A stretch of DNA of 64,000 nucleotides, from positions 32,001 through 96,000 of the IMG/VR virus record IMGVR_UViG_3300020477_000001; one strand, given 5' to 3'. The stretch comes from a virus. This document shows, in pieces, positions 58,416-64,000 of the stretch (position 1 is its first letter; the number at the start of each line of letters is the position of its first letter). The position numbers and the translations under genes were made by a program. Under the pieces are notes generated by a model. That model ran no database searches and was not told where the DNA came from. It saw only the letters and a list, made by a program, of their open reading frames with translations.

Positions 58416-58444
58416 AAGGTATATGTTTTTTTAATGTCAGTCAA
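58416..58444 (-). promoter_or_regulatory. Sigma70-type promoter TTGACT-17-TACCTT driving the non-coding region
   Basis: Same family as the other promoters, TTAAAAAAA spacer. Confidence 0.6.
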
Positions 58445-58880
58445 TATCATTTTCGTCTTCTTCCTCTTTTTCTTTTTTAGCTAAAGTATTCTTGAAATGA
58501 GAATACATAATTAAGAGGTTCTTAACGTCTTTTTCTTTTATGTCTGTTGATTGACAGTAATCAGAGTGGTCATTAATCATGTCACAAAATTCGTTTATCT
58601 CCCTAGCAATAGCCATACATAAAGTTTCATTTAACTCTACTGTCTGTTTATAAGATTCTATTCTTTTTTCAAGAACCCAAAAATCCCTACTCTCGTGATT
58701 TACTTTTTTAATTAATTTATATTCTTCTAAAGAATCCAAAGCACCCCTCACCACTGCGTCCCTCTCCTCGGTATCTTCCACAATAGGCTCCAGAATTTCC
58801 GAAGATTTTTTCATAGTAAACACAGCCTCGTTTTCCCTAAACCAAGAAAGAAGCTTGTCTGAGCAATCAGAAATATTCAT
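58437..58880 (-). CDS. Hypothetical protein (possible winged-helix N-terminus)
   Basis: Start reassigned to ATG 58880 because a canonical promoter lies at 58888-58916. Confidence 0.6.
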   Translation of the reverse strand: MNISDCSDKLLSWFRENEAVFTMKKSSEILEPIVEDTEERDAVVRGALDSLEEYKLIKKVNHESRDFWVLEKRIESYKQTVELNETLCMAIAREINEFCDMINDHSDYCQSTDIKEKDVKNLLIMYSHFKNTLAKKEKEEEDENDID

Positions 58881-58887
58881 GCCTCGA

Positions 58888-58916
58888 ACTATATGTTTAA
58901 ATTTTAAAAAAGTCAA
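58888..58916 (-). promoter_or_regulatory. Sigma70-type promoter TTGACT-17-TATAGT, leaderless
   Basis: ATG 7 nt after the -10; divergent from 58927-58954. Confidence 0.7.
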
Positions 58917-58926
58917 AAAATGGATA

Positions 58927-58954
58927 TTGACCACTTTAAAAAGTATGTTACTCT
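58927..58954 (+). promoter_or_regulatory. Sigma70-type promoter TTGACC-16-TACTCT with TGn extension
   Basis: Divergent promoter at the strand switch. Confidence 0.5.
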
Positions 58955-58965
58955 TAACTTAAATT

Positions 58966-59193
58966 ATGAGTAATAAAGCCACCAAGGAAAGAAAACAAAG
59001 AGTAGTAATCGATTGGCCAGAGAACCAGTTTTCTGCGGAAGAGGTCTACGAAGCCTTCAAACAAAGAATTTCTAGGGTTTCCGTCCACAGCAAAATCAAT
59101 AAAGCGGTGTCGAACGGAGAGCTCGAAGTCGTAGGTAAGTCCCAGCCACGCACGGGTCGCCCTCGAACCATCTATAAGAAGAGTAATGGATAA
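58966..59193 (+). CDS. Winged-helix DNA-binding protein
   Basis: FSAEEV...ISRVSVHSKI...GRPRTIYK. Confidence 0.6.
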   Translation: MSNKATKERKQRVVIDWPENQFSAEEVYEAFKQRISRVSVHSKINKAVSNGELEVVGKSQPRTGRPRTIYKKSNG

Positions 59194-59614
59194 AGACTCC
59201 TCCGGTAGATTATCTTGGGAAAACTATGCGCTGAAGCTGGCTAAAACAGCGAGCGAAAGAAGTGAAGACCCCTACGTAAAAGTAGGGGCTTGCGCGTTAG
59301 GTTGGAGCCATGAGGTCTTAGGTCTGGGTTACAATGGCTTAATGTCGGGTAAAGATGTTGAGCCCTCGTTCTGGGAGGACAGAGATTCACGCAGACCATA
59401 CATGATTCACGCCGAAGTTAATTGCCTTGCTGGAGTCGAAAGAAATAAATGTAAAGTCTTAGCAGTGACACTCTTACCTTGCGCGTATTGCGCCACCTTA
59501 ATAGCTGCACATGAAATACGACACGTAGTTTATGGAGATACTTACGACAGAGACACCAAGGCTTTAGAAATTTTTGATTTTTATGGAATTAAATTACTTA
59601 AATTGGATTTATGA
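59186..59614 (+). CDS. dCMP deaminase
   Basis: RSEDP..KVGA, GYNG, HAEVN, PCAYC. Confidence 0.9.
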   Translation: MDKDSSGRLSWENYALKLAKTASERSEDPYVKVGACALGWSHEVLGLGYNGLMSGKDVEPSFWEDRDSRRPYMIHAEVNCLAGVERNKCKVLAVTLLPCAYCATLIAAHEIRHVVYGDTYDRDTKALEIFDFYGIKLLKLDL

Positions 59615-59963
59615 CTTTATACTATTTGCATCCTTAAACTTATTGCTGCTTATAGTATGGTTCCAGACGAATGCCTTCATCGAGTACGCCAAGATTCTTG
59701 TCGTAGGAAATAAATTTCTTAAAACTGAAGAGTTCGAAAAGGAGTCACAAATGACTGGAATCAACTATCCAGAGTTTCTTCAATTAAATTATAATTGCTT
59801 TTTAACAAGATTAATGTCTTGCCCCTATTGTATTGTATTTTGGCTTTGCGTGTTTCAATCAATAATGATAGATAAACCCCTAATTGGAGTAGTCGTTTAC
59901 TACCCAACGATACTACTATATTTTTTATTACAATTAATTCTAAAAAAAATTAACGAGGAATAA
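59574..59963 (+). CDS. Membrane protein with CPYC (DUF1360-like)
   Basis: Hydrophobic segments, LMSCPYCIVFW. Confidence 0.5.
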   Translation: MIFMELNYLNWIYDFILFASLNLLLLIVWFQTNAFIEYAKILVVGNKFLKTEEFEKESQMTGINYPEFLQLNYNCFLTRLMSCPYCIVFWLCVFQSIMIDKPLIGVVVYYPTILLYFLLQLILKKINEE

Positions 59964-59966
59964 AAG

Positions 59967-60254
59967 GTGAAAAAACTAGACCAAGAATCCTTAGTGAGAC
60001 TAATGGAAAAGAATCCAGAGCTTACCGAAGTGCTACCTTGGTCAGAAATGCTAATTAAATACCACAACGGAATCAATAAAGGTTGCTCATGCAATAAAAC
60101 CAAAAGAGCTAAAGCAGCAGAGAATCTTTATGTAGACATAGTAACAAACTTCGTTTCACCGAATAATGACGTAAAAGACTACTTAAAAGACTTCTTTACA
60201 GGTGACAAAATTTTATTTACAAAAGGCGACGAAATTCTACTCACCATTGAATGA
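59967..60254 (+). CDS. Hypothetical protein (GCSC motif)
   Basis: Co-oriented ORF. Confidence 0.55.
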   Translation: MKKLDQESLVRLMEKNPELTEVLPWSEMLIKYHNGINKGCSCNKTKRAKAAENLYVDIVTNFVSPNNDVKDYLKDFFTGDKILFTKGDEILLTIE

Positions 60255-60400
60255 TGCCCAAAAAGAAGCAAAGTAAAAACAAGCAAAAAAAACCTTCTGG
60301 CGCTGGCAAAGGTGATAAAGCAAGAAATTGTTATAGCAAAAATTTCAAAGACAACTATGACTCCATAGATTGGGGGAAGAAAAAGAAAAAAAGTAAATGA
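60251..60400 (+). CDS. Small basic phage protein (49 aa, not in track)
   Basis: MMPKKKQ...GAGKGDKARN...FKDNYDSIDWG; overlaps both neighbours by 4 nt. Confidence 0.6.
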   Translation: MMPKKKQSKNKQKKPSGAGKGDKARNCYSKNFKDNYDSIDWGKKKKKSK

Positions 60401-60600
60401 AAAAAATAATTATTGTCAGTTTATTGATTTGCATTGGATGCGTAAATAACAGCAAATATCGCTACGAGGTTCACCTTAAAGATGGTGACGGAATGATGCA
60501 TCTTTATACAGGTGAAAACTACAAAGACGCAATATCATACATCAAAGAGTATGAAAAAAGCCATGGAGACATGACCCTAATCAAAATGGTGAAAGACTAA
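60397..60600 (+). CDS. Putative small lipoprotein
   Basis: MKKIIIVSLLICIGC signal/lipobox-like. Confidence 0.5.
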   Translation: MKKIIIVSLLICIGCVNNSKYRYEVHLKDGDGMMHLYTGENYKDAISYIKEYEKSHGDMTLIKMVKD

Positions 60601-60607
60601 AATAAAC

Positions 60608-60721
60608 ATGCAATCCATTCTAACGCTTGCAATTATACTTTTCCCTTTTGCAATTTTATTTTTAACCGCATTTCTCATAATTGATTTATTCGTGGACTTG
60701 TTTAATGATTTGGGAAAGTAG
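60608..60721 (+). CDS. 37-aa hydrophobic membrane peptide (not in track)
   Basis: MQSILTLAIILFPFAILFLTAFLIIDLFVDLFNDLGK; stop lies in the tRNA 5' end. Confidence 0.4.
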   Translation: MQSILTLAIILFPFAILFLTAFLIIDLFVDLFNDLGK

Positions 60722-60788
60722 CTCAACTGGATAGAGCAACGGTCTTCTAAACCGTAGGTTCTGGGTTCAAGTCCCAGCTTTCCTGCCA
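60712..60788 (+). tRNA. tRNA-Arg(UCU)
   Basis: Cloverleaf; anticodon arm ACGGT-CTTCTAA-ACCGT; encoded CCA. Confidence 0.95.
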
Positions 60789-60795
60789 GACTTGC

Positions 60796-60870
60796 GGGCG
60801 GTTAACTCAGCGGTAGAGTGTCTCGTTTACACCGAGGTTGTCGGGGGTTCGAATCCCTCACCGCCTACCA
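60796..60870 (+). tRNA. tRNA-Val(UAC)
   Basis: Cloverleaf; TCTCG-TTTACAC-CGAGG; GTTCGAATC; CCA. Confidence 0.95.
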
Positions 60871-60878
60871 TTTTTAAA

Positions 60879-61301
60879 ATGAAAGTTAAATACAAAAAAC
60901 TAAACGACGACGCAATCACTCCAGTTCAAGCGACTAGCGGTGACGCGGGTAATGACTTGTTCTCCACCGAAACAGTTGAGCTAGACCCGCTTCAAAGGAA
61001 GATCGTTAAAACTGGAATTTCTGTAGCCATCCCAGAAGGATACTATGGAAGAGTAGCGCCTCGCAGCGGGCTAGCAGTTAAGCATGGAATAGATGTTTTA
61101 GCTGGCGTGATAGACGCTGGCTACCGAGGCGAAGTCGGAGTAGTGCTAATTAACTTTTCCTCAGATAAAGTAATCTTTGAAAAAGGCTCTAAAATAGCTC
61201 AGCTAATAATAGAAAAGTGCCACGCAACAGAATGGGAAGAAGTTAGCAACCTTTCTGAAACCGAAAGGCTTGATGCAGGTTTTGGTAGCACTGGAGTTTA
61301 A
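60879..61301 (+). CDS. dut: dUTPase (trimeric)
   Basis: AG.DL, APRSGLA, GVIDAGYRGE, IAQL, R..AGFGSTG; true start ATG 60879. Confidence 0.95.
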   Translation: MKVKYKKLNDDAITPVQATSGDAGNDLFSTETVELDPLQRKIVKTGISVAIPEGYYGRVAPRSGLAVKHGIDVLAGVIDAGYRGEVGVVLINFSSDKVIFEKGSKIAQLIIEKCHATEWEEVSNLSETERLDAGFGSTGV

Positions 61302-61320
61302 ATAAGTGTAATAACTATAT

Positions 61321-61584
61321 GTGAAAGATATAATTGAAGACTACACCGATGTCTTTGAATCGAATATCTGCGACCCAGACGCCTCTTGGGAAAAATGCTT
61401 CAATAATTTCTGTGACATCATTGCTCTACTCAGAAGCAACAGATACGATGAGAAAAGAATATCAAAATTTTTAATTTGGGCCTCCCAGCTTTTACAAATG
61501 AAAAAAACCATCACCACCCCAGTCGGCACTAGCTTTGTTAACTGGAGAAAAGATTATTCTAGAAAAAATATCTGGAAAGAGTAA
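61321..61584 (+). CDS. Hypothetical protein
   Basis: GTG start after AGTGTAAT motif. Confidence 0.5.
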   Translation: MKDIIEDYTDVFESNICDPDASWEKCFNNFCDIIALLRSNRYDEKRISKFLIWASQLLQMKKTITTPVGTSFVNWRKDYSRKNIWKE

Positions 61585-61614
61585 TAATAGTGTAATTCTT
61601 TCTGGAGGCGAAAA

Positions 61615-61842
61615 ATGAGAACGCCGTTAAAAAAAATTTTTATTAATGATTTAGAAATTAGAGTTTACAGCTTGTCGGAAGCGCTAGGCTCCCCTGTTGC
61701 AGAATCAGTAACCATAATTGACCACTTTAACGATGTTTCCTATGAAGAAGCTGAGCTTATATTTGATTACTTAATTCATGAAGGCTTCATAGAGTCACAA
61801 AACGCTAAATTAGAAATAGCTAAAAATTCTTATTTTAATTAA
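61615..61842 (+). CDS. Hypothetical protein
   Basis: GGAGG RBS and AGTGTAAT motif upstream. Confidence 0.6.
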   Translation: MRTPLKKIFINDLEIRVYSLSEALGSPVAESVTIIDHFNDVSYEEAELIFDYLIHEGFIESQNAKLEIAKNSYFN

Positions 61843-61860
61843 AATTTAAAAGTTATAAGC

Positions 61861-61889
61861 TTGCCGTAACTTAAAAAGTTTCATATAAT
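61861..61889 (+). promoter_or_regulatory. Sigma70-type promoter TTGCCG-17-TATAAT, leaderless
   Basis: ATG 61897 is 7 nt after the -10; TTAAAAA spacer. Confidence 0.7.
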
Positions 61890-61896
61890 AGAACAC

Positions 61897-62130
61897 ATGA
61901 AAGACATCAAAGCACTCCACGACAGGATAAACCTACTCAACGAGTCCATACTGTTTGCCGACAAAGAAATCGACAGGTGTGCCACAGAGCTAGAAAAAAT
62001 CGAAGTACTACCAGACACAGATTACATAATGGCTAAAAGAGAAAAGTTTGTTAATTGTGTGACACTCATGTTCAAAAGGGTTAGGATGGATAAAGAAGAA
62101 CTCAGAAAAATAGAGAAGTCTCTTGGATAA
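61897..62130 (+). CDS. Small coiled-coil protein
   Basis: Heptad-like helices; overlaps sigma gene start. Confidence 0.55.
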   Translation: MKDIKALHDRINLLNESILFADKEIDRCATELEKIEVLPDTDYIMAKREKFVNCVTLMFKRVRMDKEELRKIEKSLG

Positions 62131-62743
62131 AGACTTAACCCAATTACCGGAAAAAAATCTAGTCGCCCTCTCAAAAAAGGGCGACTGTTTTGCGTTTGAG
62201 GAGCTACTCAAAAGAAATAAAGATTTAGTTTTCGCCACCATTATCAGAAGACTCACGACAATAAGGCTCCCCCACATCAACAGAGGCAGTTCAGACGAAG
62301 AAGACATTTTTAGCATCTCGTCGTTTAAAGCTTGGAAGAATATAAAAAAGTTCAAAGGAGACTCCAAGTTTTCTACTTGGTTAACCCGTATAGCGATAAA
62401 TGAGATCACAGATGAAACCAGAAAAAATCTTAGAAAGCACTCACTCTCCCTCGACTCCCTAATTGAATCCACTGGAGACAAATCTGCGCTTCAATATTGC
62501 GAACAATCAACCAACCAAGCATTCGACAATTTATCGCATAAAGATATCAGAAAAATTTACGAAAAAGCTTTAACCAAATTATCCCCACAGCAAAGAATGG
62601 CGATCCATCTTTTTGTAAACGATGGTTTAACCTACGGAGAGATTTCTAAGGTCTGCTGCGTCCCAATAGGGACAATAATGTCTAGGCTTTTCTATTCTAG
62701 AAAAAAACTAAAAAAAGAAATAGAATTGCTTCTCAATAAATAA
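62123..62743 (+). CDS. ECF (RpoE-like) sigma factor
   Basis: EDI....FKAW....FKGDSKFSTWLTRIAIN; LTYGEIS...PIGTIMSRLFYSRKKL. Confidence 0.9.
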   Translation: MDKDLTQLPEKNLVALSKKGDCFAFEELLKRNKDLVFATIIRRLTTIRLPHINRGSSDEEDIFSISSFKAWKNIKKFKGDSKFSTWLTRIAINEITDETRKNLRKHSLSLDSLIESTGDKSALQYCEQSTNQAFDNLSHKDIRKIYEKALTKLSPQQRMAIHLFVNDGLTYGEISKVCCVPIGTIMSRLFYSRKKLKKEIELLLNK

Positions 62744-62762
62744 TTAAAAAAAGTGTAATTAT

Positions 62763-63104
62763 ATGTTGAAGAAGATGACTCAAAAACTACTATCTAAGGT
62801 ACGTGATATCATGGGCACATGCGATACGCTAGACAACCCACTTGATAGAACTCTTTCTGTAGACGGAGACTCTTTCATACTTAAAAACCGACAAAACGGT
62901 AAAAGTATATTAATAGGCGAGGCTTACATAATACCCAAAAAAGAAGGCGGGCATAAACACATACTAGCTTTCAAAATAAATTCTAAAAAATGGAAGTGGG
63001 CAGAAAGCGAAGGCTTTACTAGGGACGAAATAATTGATATATTCGCAAATGAGATTTTTGAAGAACTGCATATCGATGACGCAACAGACTACTTAACGTC
63101 TTAA
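62763..63104 (+). CDS. Hypothetical protein
   Basis: Preceded by AGTGTAAT. Confidence 0.6.
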   Translation: MLKKMTQKLLSKVRDIMGTCDTLDNPLDRTLSVDGDSFILKNRQNGKSILIGEAYIIPKKEGGHKHILAFKINSKKWKWAESEGFTRDEIIDIFANEIFEELHIDDATDYLTS

Positions 63105-63105
63105 A

Positions 63106-63294
63106 ATGAAAGACCCGAAAATAAAGAATTTGAAAAAGTTGATCGGTCACTTACTTGAGAAGGCCCAACAAGAAGATTTGATTCACAAAAAGAAATCACT
63201 AGAATCAAATAAAGCCTCAGAAGCAATAGGTGATAGCTTCTGGGTGTTTCACTTAAAGGAAGCTCAACGACTCATAAATGATATCGAAAGATAA
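63106..63294 (+). CDS. Hypothetical protein
   Basis: Coupled ORF. Confidence 0.5.
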   Translation: MKDPKIKNLKKLIGHLLEKAQQEDLIHKKKSLESNKASEAIGDSFWVFHLKEAQRLINDIER

Positions 63295-64000
63295 AAACAT
63301 ATACCTCTTTGACATAGATGGCACACTCACTGAGCCTCTATCCAAGATGGATTCCAGTTTTACTTATTCTTTTCTTTCATGGATGGCCGATAAAAAAGTG
63401 TTCTTAGTAGGGGGCAGCGATTTTAAAAAAATATCATTACAAGTTCCTCAAAGCGTAATTAGCAGATGTTCTGGAATTTTTTCTTGCATGGGAAATGAAC
63501 TTAGAACTAAAGAAGGAATAAAATATCAAAAAGAATGGAAAGCCCCAGTTAAGTTGCTCGACGAATTACTAGAGATAAGGAAGTCTTCTAGATACGAAAA
63601 CAAACGTTCCAAATATATAGAATCAAGGCGCGGCATGATTAATTTCTCTGTGGCTGGCCGAGACTCAAGCGAGGAAGAAAGAAAAGATTACTTTCTCTGG
63701 GACCAGAAAAGTAAAGAAAGAATAGTAATTTCGAAAAATTTAAAACGCAAATTCCCAGAGCTAGATATCTGCATAGGCGGCATGATAAGCTTAGACATCC
63801 AACCTCGCGGATGGGATAAAGCCCAAGCTGTAGACTGGATAAAAAGTCAAAGACAGTACGAAAACTGCAAAATGTTTTTCTTCGGAGATAAGTGTCACAA
63901 CGGGGGCAACGACGAGTCCCTGTTTAAGAGGGTTACGAAAGAAGGCGGGGAAGCATACAATGTAGAAGGCCCGAAAGAGACACTAGAAATAATCAGCAGA
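63278..64000 (+). CDS. Eukaryote-type phosphomannomutase (HAD IIB), 3'-truncated, not in track
   Basis: LFDIDGTLT, VGGSD, IESRRGMINFSVAGR, GGMISLDIQPRGWDK, FFGDK..GGND. Confidence 0.85.
   Translation, partial: MISKDKNIYLFDIDGTLTEPLSKMDSSFTYSFLSWMADKKVFLVGGSDFKKISLQVPQSVISRCSGIFSCMGNELRTKEGIKYQKEWKAPVKLLDELLEIRKSSRYENKRSKYIESRRGMINFSVAGRDSSEEERKDYFLWDQKSKERIVISKNLKRKFPELDICIGGMISLDIQPRGWDKAQAVDWIKSQRQYENCKMFFFGDKCHNGGNDESLFKRVTKEGGEAYNVEGPKETLEIISR

Noticed and set aside
58277-58480. 67-aa plus-strand ORF
   Set aside because: Opposite to local transcription, overlaps a real gene end and promoter, atypical composition
60792-60878. N-terminal extension of dUTPase
   Set aside because: It is tRNA-Val read in frame
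1-64000. Stop-codon reassignment; the many short antisense ORFs in the track
   Set aside because: Genes end cleanly with TAA, TAG and TGA at tight junctions under the standard code; the short ORFs are shadows of long genes

Overview
A 64-kb segment of a large, AT-rich tailed bacteriophage genome. It has no rRNA or ribosomal-protein genes, is densely packed, and many genes abut or overlap. 1-18.0 kb (+): very large, unassignable virion-type proteins, Cys-rich and (S/T)-G-rich, followed by a methyltransferase. 18.3-33.6 kb (-): replication/recombination module with a Rad52/Sak-like annealase, Whirly-like SSB, DnaE split from its PHP domain, DnaQ-like exonuclease, PD-(D/E)XK nucleases, primase, DnaB, RecA and a tmRNA with a 31-codon tag. 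33.5-50.8 kb and 54.7-56.9 kb: about 20 glycan-synthesis genes (gmd, fcl, GT4/GT8/GT2/GT6/GT11/GT92-like, epimerases, kinase, nucleotidyltransferase-HAD, pyruvyltransferase). 50.8-64 kb: class Ic-type NrdAB, dNMP kinase, dCMP deaminase, dUTPase, tRNA-Arg/Val, an ECF sigma factor and a eukaryote-type phosphomannomutase. Best leads: a possible virion O-glycosylation system (S/T-G sequons plus the glycosyltransferase arsenal), two unannotated structured RNAs (about 18.05-18.25 kb and 58.1-58.4 kb), two recurrent promoter motifs, a split GT9 and a split DnaE. A PVC-superphylum (Verrucomicrobia-like) host is a tentative inference. All calls come from reading motifs by eye; no searches were run.
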